Below are positions 1-14,400 of a stretch of 64,000 bases of DNA, piece by piece (position 1 is the stretch's first letter; each line of letters begins with the position of its first letter). Origin of the DNA: the human T2T-CHM13v2.0 reference genome, Homo sapiens; assembly GCF_009914755.1 (NCBI RefSeq), contig NC_060930.1. One strand, written 5' to 3'. The notes under the pieces were generated by a model that saw only the letters and a program-made list of their open reading frames with translations, had not been told where the DNA came from and made no database searches. The position numbers and the translations under genes are program-made.

Positions 1-1012
1 AATTGCCTCCTACTTTGTACATCCTGGAGTAGACGACCCCACCCCATCCTGGCCTCTGGGAACCCACCCTTCGGTAGTGGCTACTTAACACCCCAGTAAA
101 GAGGAAGTAGGATTTGGAGAGGAATGTAAGTGTTAACAAAAGAGCGCAACATGATAATAAAATATAATTGATATATTTGTATATTTAAAGCTACAAAGAT
201 GGTGTATTTTATGCCATCTAAAAATGTAAGATATATTGTAAATTTTCAAAGAATAGATATAACATATTCAAATACTATATGTTCAATTACTATTTTTAAA
301 GTTATGCATTTCCAAACTAAAAAAAAGTGTAAAAGTCTTTAAATATTTATAATCTTTGACCCAGTGGTGCAATTTCTAGGACCCTATCACAAGGAAAAAA
401 GAATTTTATATGTGACCAAAGAACTGTACATAAAGTTATGCCCTAGAATATTGTTTATCATGATACGAATTTAAAGCAACCTAAATGAGGAATGGTCATG
501 TGAATTATAGCACATCTAGATGATGGACTTATATGCAACAATTAAAATGATGTCTACAAAATATTTTTAATGATGTGGAAAATATGTTTGAGAGAAAAAG
601 AGTGGTTTATAAATTTTATTGTATTTAAAAATTGTTTGTTGTATCCAAATAAGAAAAGAAGAAAAATTATCTGTTTGTAGATGACATAATCTTATATGTA
701 GAAAACCCTAAAGATTCTATTAAAAAAAAAACCTGTTAGAAATAATGAACAAATTCTGCAAAATTTCAGGATACAAAATCAACATGCAAAAATCAATTGC
801 GTTTTTATATAGTAACAACAAACAATCTGAAAAGGAAATGAAAACAATTCCATTTACAGCAGCATAAGAAAGAATAACATACTTAGGAATAATTCTAACA
901 AGGAGATACACTCTTACCTGAAAACTACACAACATTGCTGAAAGGAATTAAAGAAGACTCAAATAAATAAAAAGACATCCCAGTTTCATGAACTGGAAGA
1001 CTTAATATTGTT

Positions 1013-1153
1013 TTTTAAAAAAATTATTTTTTATTTCAATAGGTTTTTGGGGAACAGGTGGTGTTTGGTTACATGAATAAATTATTTAGTGGTGATTTCT
1101 GAGATTTTGGTGCACCCATCACCCAAGCAGTGTACACTGTACCCAATGTGTAG
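1013..1153 (-). mobile_element. 5'-truncated L1PB-like 3' end
   Basis: L1P 3'-end sequence with T-rich tail, flanked by the 18-bp TSD GGAAGACTTAATATTGTT (995-1012, 1154-1171). Confidence 0.8.
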
Positions 1154-1331
1154 GGAAGACTTAATATTGTTAAGATGCTTATATTACCAAAAGCCATCTA
1201 CGGATTCAATGCAATCTCTATCAAAATCTCAATGGCATTTTTGCAGAAATAGAAAACGCCATCCTAAAATTCCTATAAAATCTCATGAGATACTGAATAA
1301 CCAAAACGATCTTAAAAAATAACAAAGGTGG

Positions 1332-1650
<319 letters not shown>

Positions 1651-2693
1651 TTACACTTTCTGTTTTCAAAACATATAAAAAGCTATAGTAATCAAAACAG
1701 TGTGATACTGGCATAAAAACAGGCATGTTGATTGATATAATAGAAGAGAGAGGCCTGAAATAAACCCTCACATATATGGTAAAATGGTCTTTGACAAGGG
1801 TTCCAAGACCACTCAATGGGAAGAGGTCAATCTCTTCAACAAATGGTTCAAGGGAAACTATATATCCACAGGCAAAAGAATGAAATTATGCGTTTATCTT
1901 ATGCTATATATGAAAATTAAGTTAAAATGTATTAAAGACCAAGGCATAATAACCAAAACTATAAAATCCCTAGAAGAAAACATAGGGGAAAGTTTTCATG
2001 ACATTGGACTTGGCAATGATTTCTTATATGTGACACCAAAAGCATAGGCAACAAAACCACAAATAGACAAATGGGACTACATAAAACTTTAAAACCTTTG
2101 TGCATTAAAGGACACAATTAACAGAATTAATAAGTGAATGGGAGAAAATATTTGCAGATCAGATATCTGATAAGTGCCTAACATCCAGAATATATAAAGA
2201 GCTCCTACAATTCAACAACAAAAAACAACCTGATCAAAAATGGGCAAAGAACTTGAATAGGCATTTCTCTAAAGATGATATACAAGTAACCAACAAGAAT
2301 ATGAAATGATGCTCAACACTGCTAATCATTAGAACAATGCAAAACAAAATCACAATGAAATATCACCTCACATCCATTATGATGGCTACTATAAACAAAC
2401 AAACAGAAAATAACAAGTGCGGACAAGAATGTTGAGAAATTGTAATCCTGTGCACTGTTGGTGGGAATGGTGAAACTACTATGAAAAAAGTATAGTGGTT
2501 TCCTCAAAAAATTAAAAATAGAACTATAATATGATTCAGAAATCCTGCTTCTGTCTATATGTCTAAAATAATTGAAAGGGGATTCTCAAAGAGATTTGCA
2601 CATCCATGTCATAGCAGTATTATTCACAATAGCCAAGAAGTGGAAGCAACCCAAATGTCCATGGCTGGGTGAATGGATGAACAAAATGCTGTG

Positions 2694-2782
2694 CAATAGT
2701 CTCTTCTTATTTCTGATTTCACTCTTTGTGGTTTCAGTTACCAGTATTCAACTGTGGTCCAAAAAATCACATACAGTAAGAT

Positions 2783-2823
<41 letters not shown>

Positions 2824-3033
2824 TACCACATTCACACTCTTTTATTACAGTATATTTTTATAAGTGTTCCATCTTATTATTAGCTTTGTTGTTAATCTGT
2901 TATGGTGCCTTAATTTATAAATTAAACTTTATTATAGGTATGTGTGTATAGGAAAAAACATAGTAGACCCGTAGTTTCAGGGATATGCTGGGGGTCTTGA
3001 GGCATAACTCCTGTGGATAAGGGAAGACTATTG
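2694..3033. mobile_element. MER44-like TcMar-Tigger MITE with internal (GA)n
   Basis: Terminal inverted repeats CAATAGTCT..CTTAT / ATAAG..AGACTATTG and MER44-like body. Confidence 0.75.
2786..2819. repeat. (GA)17 microsatellite
   Basis: Direct reading. Confidence 0.95.
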
Positions 3034-3093
3034 TGGAATATAACAATGGATTATTCATCTTCAAAAAGAAAGGAAATCTCGATCTTTCTTTTT

Positions 3094-3419
<326 letters not shown>

Positions 3420-4084
3420 TTATGCTAACTGAAATAAGCCAGTTACAAAGGCAAATACTGTATAATTTCGATTATGTGAGGTATCCAAAGTAGTCAAAGT
3501 CACAGAAACAGAAAGTAGAATGGTTGTTACCAGGAGTACGAGAGGAGGAGAAAATGGAGAGTTGTTCAATGAGTTTCAATATTTTGAGATGGAAAAGTTC
3601 TGGAGATCTGTCATACAACTATGAGAGTACACTCAACACAACTGAACTGTATATTTAAAAATGATTATGATGAAAATACTTATTTTAGAAAGCCTTTAGA
3701 ATGTTTTATAGAACTACATATAATGAAATTATATTAAATATGGAAATAAAGGACCAGGGAAAATAGGATGAAAGAAGTCTGAATAGAAAAACATAAAGTT
3801 AAGCTGTAAGTATTTTGTCCATAAAATGAATGCTGTAAGGCTTTGTGCTTTTGACTCTAGGCTTTTTAGTAGCCATTGCCAACTGGAGGCTGGTCATGAT
3901 ATTGTAATCTACAAAAATGAATTTATAGTATGAACTTAATTAGGTCATAAATAAACATAAATATATATAAAACCTTAGAAAGAAACATGCCAAAATGTTA
4001 ACAAAGGTTATTACTAGGTGGTGGTGGTAATACTTTCTTCTTTATACTTGAATATATTCTCTAAAATTTTCCCAATTGCTTGTT

Positions 4085-4676
4085 GTGAATGAGAAAAGAA
4101 AGTAGTTTCTTGAGATGAAATCGACATTTGTTGAAGATACTGTGAACATTGTTCAAATGACAACAAAGGATTTAGAATATTACATGAATTTAGTTGATAA
4201 AGCAGTGGCAGGGTTTGAGGGGATTGACTCTAATTTTGAAAGAAGTTATACTGTGGATAAAATAGCAAACAGAATCACACACTACAGAAAAACTTTTCAT
4301 GAAGAATCAGTCAATGCGGTAAATCATTGTCTTATTTTAATAAATTCCCACAGCCATCCTAACCTTCAGAAACCACCACCCTGATTAGTCAGCAGCCATC
4401 AACATTGAGGCCAGACCCTTCACCAGCAAAAAGACTAAGACTCGCTGAAGGTTTAGATGATTGTTAGCATTTTTTAAGTAATAAAGTATTTTTCAATTAA
4501 AGCATGTAAATTGTTTTTAGACAAAATGTTATTAAACACTTAATAGATTACAGTATAGTATAAACATAACTTTTTTATGTACTGGGAAACAAAATTTGTG
4601 TGACTAGCTTTATTGCAATATTCACTTTATTGTGGTAGTCTGGAATCAAACCTGCAATATCTCTGAGGTATGCCTG
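4085..4676 (+). mobile_element. Tigger1 3' fragment
   Basis: Transposase C-terminal remnant (DLEYYMNLVDKAVAGFE) and terminal ...ATCTCTGAGGTATGCCTG followed by TA. Confidence 0.85.
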
Positions 4677-4678
4677 TA

Positions 4679-5480
4679 CCATAAAATTTACCTGTTTAAG
4701 TGTACAATTCCATTGTTTTTATATATTTACAGATATATATATATATAGATATAGATATCATCACAATCTAATTTTCATTATCCAAAAGAGAAACCTCATA
4801 GCTATTAAGAGTCATTCCCCATTCTCCTGCATCTCAGCCTTAGATAATCACTAATCTACTTTCTGTCTCTACAGATTTGCACGGGATGGACTTTTCATAT
4901 AAATAGAATCATAATATATAGTCTTTTGTAACTGGTTTCTTTCACTAAGCGTAATTTTTTGAGGTTCATTCATGTTACAATATCTATCAAGTCTTCATTC
5001 CTTATCATGGAATGATATTCCATTGTGTGGATGCTATGGTTTAATAATCCTACCAAAACTCATGTTGAAACTTCATTCCCATAGTAACAGTATTAAGAAG
5101 TGGGAACTTTAAAGAAGGGATTAGGTCATGAGGGTTCCACCCTCATGAGGGGATTAACGCTACTATGGAGGGAGTGGGTTAGTTATCTCAGCAGTGGATT
5201 ACTGATTAAAAGGATGAGTTTGGCTTTCCTCTGTCTGTCTTACATGTTTGCTTTTGCCTTCTGCTATAGGATTGCCCTCACCAGTTGCTGGACCGTAGTC
5301 TTGCATTTCTCAGCTTGCAGAACCATGAGCCAGATAAACTTCTTTTCTTTATAAATTACCCAGTCTGTGGTACTCTGTTATAGCAGTGAAAAATAGACTA
5401 AGACAATGGATATACCACATTTCATATTTCCATTCATCAGGAGGCAGACATTTGGGCTGTTTCCACTTTTTGGCTAGATT
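4679..5480 (-). mobile_element. Old L1M 3' fragment, split by a MaLR LTR
   Basis: Antisense L1M 3' UTR motifs (ctaatctactttctgtctct, atattccattgtgtggat). Confidence 0.7.
5032..5405 (+). mobile_element. MaLR solo LTR (MST-like)
   Basis: TGCTATGG...GACTAAGACA ends and MST-like body. Confidence 0.8.
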
Positions 5481-7473
5481 TTTAAACTGTTAATAGTTTT
5501 TTTCTACGTGAAGCCTATTTCTTAAAGGGTCTTCTTTTTGAAAGTCTTATAGCATCATTAATTTATCCCATTTATATTAATCTAAGACATTAAATTACTA
5601 TTATTTAAAGTTCCCAGATAGCATGAGATAATCAGTTATCAATCATTATCCTTTTAGACAATCAATTATTGTACTAAATTGATGTTATCTCAGTCAAAAA
5701 ACAGAGACTTGGCATTTTAGTGAGCTCATACAGCTTCAAGTTAAATGTGCCATTTCTGCAAGGTTTTCTGATATAATGAATATAACACACAGTTTCCCAT
5801 CATTACCTCTGAGGCCAGTGAAGGGCCTGGAGATAGGACCTGAGGTTGCAAATCCCTGTTTCAAATTACAGAAGAGTGTAACAGGCACTTAGCTTTATTG
5901 TTTTCAATTACATAAAGTAACAAGGACTAATTTCCAAAGCATTGGCATAAAATGTCCCCAGGGGATTTGGTTTAATGAACAGCTAAAAGTGATCTACAAT
6001 GAACATATTTGCTATTGTACATAAATGGTGCTTTTAAAGAGCTTTAGTTTTTTTTCTTAGGGAGGGAAATCTGGTTTAGCCTGTTCGTGTGTTGTAATAC
6101 ACAGAAGGAGAACCTTGCATTGCATTCTGTCCCAGTGGTTCCCAGTGGTGCACCGAAGAGCAAGCATAAATCGTCTTTCTCCCTGATGTCTTTTTACCCA
6201 GCTTGCACCCATCTCAGGTAGAAGAAGAGAGCTGATCCTGATGGCCTGGTTTCAGCATTTGGAAGGGATTACTTTTTCCAGGGTGGAACTGTCTAAGGCA
6301 TTTACACATCCAGCAATTACAGGTAGGGTCCCTTTTCTCTGACTCCATCTTAGTTCTTTTTTTCCATCTCCAACAGTGTCCAGGTTCATTGCTCTGACCT
6401 GCGAAACAGAAGCAAGGCAAAGGAAATGGCAACACTTCGATTAATTTTGAAAAAAAGAGATGATGTTGATGAGGAAATGGTAGGAAAAATGCCATGAGAT
6501 GAAGGCTATCCAGAGAGTAACACTCTTTTGTATGCTCCTTTACAAATCTAACTTGGTCTGCCCCTGCCGGCGGGCTAGGTCTACTGGACCCAGGTTTGCA
6601 TTTGCTAAGAAGATCTGTAGCAGAAGGTCCAGGTCAGCTAACTCGTCTAACAAACAGTCCCAGACCTCAGTGGCTTAATTTGATACAAATATATTGCTTC
6701 CTCACATCACAGTCAATGTGGTTGGCAGTCACGCAGGAGGAGTTCAGGTTTCTTCTATCTTTTGACACCACCATTGACAGCACAAATCCTAGTTGTCACA
6801 GAATGAGTGGCCAGGCATAGAAGTCATGTATATCACTGCCACACATCTTCCATTAGTCAGAACTCACATAGCCTGAGCCTAATTGCCAAGGGGCCCAGGA
6901 GGAAAGTAAATGGGCTTGGTAAACACTAGGCAGTGTCTCTGCCACACCAGGTCTGGGCTAGGGGATGAGAAATATTTCTATTCCTCTCTGAAGGCCTGAT
7001 TTTGGTGTCTTTGGAAGGGACTCATTGTCACATTTAATAGTAAATTCTGAGATTTGCCTTTCAATTTAGTGAATAGTAGGGGTTCACTTGAAGTTGAATT
7101 GCTGAATATTCCTGATTCTCCATCAAAACATCGTCTCAAATAGCATCTAATAGTACCTGAATCAACAGTTGGAGATTCTGAAAAAGTGAAATTCAAAAGC
7201 TTTGCTGGATCCTCTCTAAGTAGATTTTATTTAGTGTTGTAAAGGTCAATAAGAGTGCAGTAGTGTACTAGAGCTTTGGCTCTTTCCTGATTTACACTGT
7301 TGAAATGTTTTTTATCACTGAAAAAGATTTCACCTTAAGCAAAAAAAAATGCTACTGGGATTTTCATTTAACCTGTGTGTGCACAGGACACACTGGACTT
7401 TCAGGAGTGAAGCCCAGTTGTTAAGAACATGGGTTCTTTGAAGACTGTCTTAGTGTGACCTTGAGCAATTTCC

Positions 7474-7835
<362 letters not shown>

Positions 7836-7874
7836 TGAGGAATAAGGATGATAATAATAGTACTTACCTGGAAT

Positions 7875-8435
7875 AAAGTGGATTGCCTTGCTTATCCTAT
7901 ATTCCACCTCCCTCCAGGGGTCCTTCTCCTCCTGCGGAGGTTGAAAAGCTAATATCTGCATTTCTCAAACCCCTTGGCACGTAGGGATTTGGATGTTAGG
8001 TCAGTCTCGTCATTTAGATTGGCTTGTTTGAAATTTGGAAGGCAGATGTGGAGGCCATTCTCTCACCTCACTTGGCCATTTTTCTGCTGGAACGCTAGAT
8101 CTTGGAGGTGTGAGGCTACATCTGCAGCAGGGGTCCAGTGTCCTTTTCCCAGCTTCTTTGGTGCCAAAGGCAGGGGTAGTGGTGGGATCTGCAGCAGCTT
8201 CTCAAATCTAGATTCCTGCTCTGGGATGCATTCTTGAATTTACTAGCTCTCAGTGACCTTGAAAGTAGTAGCTTTCCTAGTGGGAGAGTTCTGTATTTCT
8301 CTGATAATTACTTTTGGAGGCCCAGCCTAGAACCTATTCCTTCAGCCTTTCCAACAACTTTGTAAACATCTAACTCCTTGTATTGAATCCCAGCTTGCAT
8401 AAAGTGGTTTCATTTTTTCTGTAATGAATCCTGAC
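7875..8435. mobile_element. Old ERVL-type LTR (LTR33/LTR16-like)
   Basis: Resemblance by eye only. Confidence 0.45.
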
Positions 8436-10815
8436 AAAATCAGTATCTCATAGTGTTATTGTGAGAATGAAATAATATATGTAAAACACTAAAACCTGGC
8501 ATGTAGTATTAAATACGTGAGTTTTACTATTATGTACACATATGACCAAGAATGTGAAAGGAACTGTTACAGGATTGTCCAAAGAGTTCCATTTTAAAAG
8601 ATGAATCTAGCTCTAGCAATATGGCTACCCAGCAGCAAATAAAGTGGAGATTTAGTTATACAAGGTTAATTTGCCCACATTCCCTTTCACATGCTAATTA
8701 AGAAAAAGCTGTTCGGCCCTCTGCTGACCCCATTACTTTGACAATTGCCATTTCACCTGGTCCTAAAAGGGCGCAACCTCAAATTACTCTTTAGCTCTTG
8801 GGACTCTATGAGAACATTGTGGATAAAGATGAAAATGCACCAAGAACAGAAATATCTTATTAAAACCCTCTTTTTAAAAATCAATTTATTTAATTTCAGG
8901 AGCCAGCTAAAGATGAATAACTGTCTATTCTAAAAAAAGTGCTAATATAAAAGAAGAAAATTTTAAACAAAATTGTATTTGGTCACTTTGAAACTTCCTT
9001 TATTCAAGATTTTAAAAGCCTAATTTAACATTCATTATTTCATCCTGAAATCCATTCAGTCTGCCTTTCTTATAAATTACCTTTTCAATGCATGCTTTGT
9101 ATCAAAGCCACAGAATCGTTTCCTTTTGTGGTTCCTTTTATTGAGCTGATATTTTGAATCCAAAGTGACCATTACTTGCCAGGCATGAGGAATTTTCAAC
9201 AACTCAATATCATTAATGAAATTTGGGTGGCTGTTTTTGGGGATGGCAGATGTTTGTTATGAATGATGATGATGATATTTTTGACAAAAGAGAGACTATG
9301 TAACTAGCTTTTTCTGGAAATAATTCAGTTTCGTATTTACATCCTTGTATGACTTAATAAGCATCTTCTATCGTCAAAGAAGGATTGCTGGATACCACAA
9401 AGAAGAAAGGTGTGAATACACTTTAGAACCAGGTAGACTCTAATGAGATTCTAGCTACAACTTAAATAGCAATTTTTGGCAAAAATTATTCCCAAATCTC
9501 ATTTGTAAAATAAGAGTAATCATAGTTTCTCCTTGGATTTTTTTTTTATGATCACTAAGGGAAACATGTATATAAAATACTTAAGAGAGTGCTTGGCCCA
9601 TAGGAAATCTGTGGAACTACTCCTGACTACAAGCAAGTTGCTTTAGTTTTCTCACTAAAACTTCTTTGCAGAATATTAAGATAACTTTGTTTCAAGACCT
9701 AGTAAATGCTTCTAAGTATTATTCTGACTGTTATTACTATTCTTTACAATTAGTCAACTCTCTTTGAACCAGAATATTTCACTGACAGAGTACTCCTAAA
9801 ATATGACAGATGACAATGGGTTACTGTATTTTTCATAAGTCACTCAATAGTTCTAAAAAATAATAGGTTAAAAATAATAAAAGCTGGAATAAAAATGGCT
9901 ACAGACCTAAATGCCACAGAATCAGTTCATGAATTTCTATTGCTGTATGAAAAAAAAAGAATTTTTTTTCCAGTTGAGCACCTGTTTATTTCAATCACCA
10001 GAGCACGGGAGACTATATCTGAAAACTTTGCTTCTGAGCTCAGCATCTAAACCTACTCCACAGATGGTTTTTATGCTACTTCTAGACAGGAAATACAAAC
10101 TGTTCACAGAAGTATTAAATATTCTTATAGTCATTATTGGGAACGTTTTATGTTTACAAATGTGACTTCAATTATAACCATGTAGGGCTTTAAAAAGCCA
10201 AAGGCATAGGGCCATTGTGCCACTGACATTTTCTACAATGATCATTTGTAGATCCCCATGAGTGTATTTTCATCTGCCTGTGCAAAGATGCTGAGAGTTG
10301 TTGAGAGTTCTAAGTATTCTGTTAGTTTTGAGTTACCAAAGCCAAGACCCCTGCCCTGGTCCAAGGAACTGACTGGGTCTTGGAAGTTGAGGAGGGAGTT
10401 TCCTTCTAAGTACCCAATGCCTCTTGTCCTTCTAAGGCACGATCCACACAAACCCAGGGAATAAGGACCCTGATCTCCCATAGCCATCACTGGCCATCTG
10501 ACTTACCTTTCACTTTACCTTAACCTGTTGTTCTGTAACCAGACTCCTCAGTGCTCTGTCAGATAAACGGCAATCAAATGTGATTGCCAAAGTTCTACCT
10601 GCTGTTGTCAGTACTGAGGTTTATGACAGTGGTATATCTGACTGCTATTCTGAATGACCTGGAATTACCACATTTGGGGCTCTGTCCTTCAAAATCAGAG
10701 TATTTGACCCCAGATATTACAACATAAAAATTAGGTGTAGGTAACGAGTAAAATCCTCCTTTTGTGGAAAAAAATTGTGGTTTTTCCTTCTTTGACATCC
10801 CCTAATTTGTAAAAA

Positions 10816-11107
10816 TTTTTAGAGACAGGGTCTTGTTCTGTCACCCAGTCTGGAGTGCAGTGGCACGTACCATCATAGCTCACTGCAGCCTCAAACTCCT
10901 GGACTCAAGTTATCCTCCCACCTTAGCATCCCAAGTAGCTAGGACTACAGACATGTGTCACCATGCCCAGCTAATTATTTTATTTTTTGTAGAGATAGGG
11001 TCTCACTATGTTGCCCAGCCTGATCTGGAACACCTGGACTCAAGTGATCTTCCTGCCTTGGTCTCCCAAAATGCTAGGATCACAGCCTGAGCCACTGTGC
11101 CTGAGCC
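10816..11107 (-). mobile_element. AluJ
   Basis: Diverged antisense dimer. Confidence 0.9.
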
Positions 11108-11114
11108 GTCCCCC

Positions 11115-11425
11115 AATTTTAAAAATACTTTATGGGGGTATAATTTACATACCATAAAATATACTCATTTTAAATGTGTAATTCAATTACTTTTTGTAAA
11201 TTTACCCAGATTTGCAACTATCACCAAAATTCAGTTTTAGAACATTTTGGATTGTTCATTGCTAGTATACTGAAATACAATTGATTTTTGTATATTGACT
11301 TTGTGTACTGCAATTTTGCCAAACTTTTCAAAAGTAGTTCTAACAGTTTTTTTTTCTATGTGTGTGTTCCTCAGGATTTTCTAAATACAAATTCCTGTTT
11401 TCTGTGAATAAAGACAATTTGCTTC
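11115..11425 (-). mobile_element. Old L1M fragments
   Basis: Antisense L1 motifs (tgatttttgtatattgact). Confidence 0.6.
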
Positions 11426-14400
11426 TCCCCTAATTTTTAACAGATTTCAAATCCAGTCCGTTTCTGAGAAGGAGATATTGGGAGGAGATGCTGATCTTGG
11501 CCATACAGCCCTTGCAGGGTGTCTGTCTGGCAAATCTGGAACCAGGAACCAGGAACCTATTTCTTGTTTTCAGGAATAGGACCTCTCTTTGGAGTTATTT
11601 ATTTTCTTATAACTGTAGTTATAATTACATGTATATTTTTATATATTTATAACTGATATTTAGCACAGTTAATGAGAGTGTTTTCCTTCTTAGGTTAAAA
11701 AAGAAAAGAAATGCAAGACTGGTAATTCAAATGCTTTTGGGTGGCATTTATGGACACAACTATACATATGTACCGGAATTTCTACTAGGTGTTCATTGCC
11801 ATTGCTTCTTACTCAGCTGAGAAACGAAAGAATTACTCACCCCTCACAAAAAAAATTGTCTCCTTTATTTTCCTTTTTTCTGCGGAATTTGTCAATAGCA
11901 CTTGATTTGACATCTTCATAAACTCCCTTCGACTTCATATCCATGACCCATTTATTGCTAAATTCTATTCCTTCTCTCTTATCATATTGACACAAAGGGC
12001 TTAACTTTTTAAATTATTCTTCTTTCTCTCCTTGGCCACCTGAAAAGCCAAAGCTATTTTCTCCATTGTTAAAGCTATTTAATATTCTTCCAGATAAAAT
12101 ATCAATCTACACATTTACCATTCCTCATCTTGATTAATGTAAACTTCTCCTGTTGGCCTTACTTATAAATCACTTTCACTGCCAAAAATTCCAATTTCAT
12201 TGCCAAAAATTATTTTCCATCTTTGTTCTTGTAAGAGCATATCTTTACCAGACTCTTCTTTTGTTAACTGCATTCCCCCTTAGGATTTCCATTATATTAT
12301 GAATCTTGTTTGTCTTCTATGTGTTCTGCTTCCTGTCATCTTGGCTAATGTTTTAACTTTGAGGACTTTAGTCTCTGCGCAGCTATCCTTTTGAAATGTA
12401 ACTCCTCTACCCATTTCAGAGAGTAGCACTCATACATCCACACGTTGACCAACCTGGGGGTTTGGAAGTCAGGAAATGTGTTCTGTTTTAGTCATCTGTG
12501 TGCCCCCAGCACTTAGCACAGGCCTCTGCTTAAAGTTGTCTCTTCACGTTCCCTGATGACTGAGCATCTTCTAGGCGCCTGATGCCCTGCTGCACTCTGG
12601 GGACAGAAAAAGGAATTAGAAGCTGTCCAGGGCTTTGATGAGCTCACACTCTAACTTCGAGGATTGTGAAAAGAGCAACTTATTATTCATTGTGATGAAG
12701 GCTATGATGGAGGCACAGACAAATGGCTGTGAAAACATAAGGAAAAGACCTGCCCAGGGGTGAAAATTTCATGAAGAAGGTGCCACTGGAACAGGACCTG
12801 GAGGGAGTTTTTACCAGAATCGAGACTCTAAGCAAAATGGTTCCATAGCTGTTGAAGTAAAAATGAAAACAAAACAAAACAAAACAAAAAAACCAGTATA
12901 TTAGTAGCAAATATTCTGGGCTCCAGTTCCATCTTTGCTATTTTCTAGTCATGTGGTCTTGGGCACAACATTTATCTGTGTTCTGATTTCTTTATCTTTT
13001 AAATGGGAATGATATGACAACATACCTGTCAACAATTCTGTGAGGATCACATGAAATTATACATGTGCAAATCTAAAACATTATATGAAAATAGCTTAAT
13101 TTCAATATATGCTATAATATGGTATGAAAGTTTGTATTCCCTATTGGGAAGCCAATCGATAGTATTTGTGGTTAAAAGTTATTTTTATAATATACATTAA
13201 CATATATAATATAAAATTATTAAAAATTATGATTAAAAAATCAATAACTGAGAAGAGAAAAGCATATTATTTGGAATTTTGGAAGCAAGACACTAGGGGA
13301 ATACCTGAAAGTGTTTGCTTTTGGGGAGTGAGCTTTGGAGGGCAAGTGTGTAGTAGGCAGGTACTTATGTATCACTTGACTTTTAAAACATTTGGCTTTA
13401 AAAAAGGTAAAAGTAAATAAAAAAGAGTGGAGATCCATCGAGAAGGGAGTTTATTTGTGACCTGGAATCCCTTGTTCCATCATACCCCCAAAGAAGAGCA
13501 CAGATCCTGCCCCTTGAAGCCTGACCTTGTACCCAGATGCTCACTCTGACTTCAGGATGGGAGATTACTGAAGTTCTAGAGCAGTAGGTCCTAATGAGGG
13601 ATGTACTGTGCCCTCAGGGAAAGTTTTCATCTTCTGGGGAGTCATTATTAATTGTCACAGTGACAAGGGATGGTGAGGTAGGTGAGGGGCTCTGGAGTGG
13701 GTCACTGGCATCTCCTGGACAGGAACTAGGGATGCTAGACATCTCGCAAGGTGTGAACAGGTCCACACAGTGTAGGATTGCCCTGATTCTCTCATGACTT
13801 TCACATATCCTACTGTACATTCATGTAGTTAAAAAGAAGTCACCTTGTTTAAAAGTATCCAAGCCTAGAATCTACTGTGTTTTAATATATTCACATTGAA
13901 TTTTCTGAAATTTTCTTGCAGTTTTAAACATGTTTAGTTTAGATCTTTAATAAGTATTGTGTGCACCATTTCAGAAAATCATATCGCCAATAGTAACACC
14001 ATTTGTAGACTTTGAGACTCCAGTGCAACTGTAGCTGTTGCATCACAGTGATTCCAAGCATACGTAGCAACATATTTATTCTCTATTTCAAAGTTTCAAG
14101 TATAAAGGAAGCATGTTGATAATCCACTGAGTAGGTTTTATTTTTCTCAGGTTGTGCATCTGTCTCTTCCATTATGTCTTCTTGTGAAGTCATGCCTAAA
14201 CATCTACATATTAAAATATACAGTTTATTATAAATTACTTAAAAATTCCTATTCATTTTACAGCTAGAGCAGTATGTGTTGATTTTGAAATTATGCCTGT
14301 AGATAGGTTATATTATCTATGAACTTTATTTCAAGATAGTAAAAGAGTTTTGAACAAATATTTATTACATAAGGCAGTAAGTCTGGCAGGGCTTGAGTAT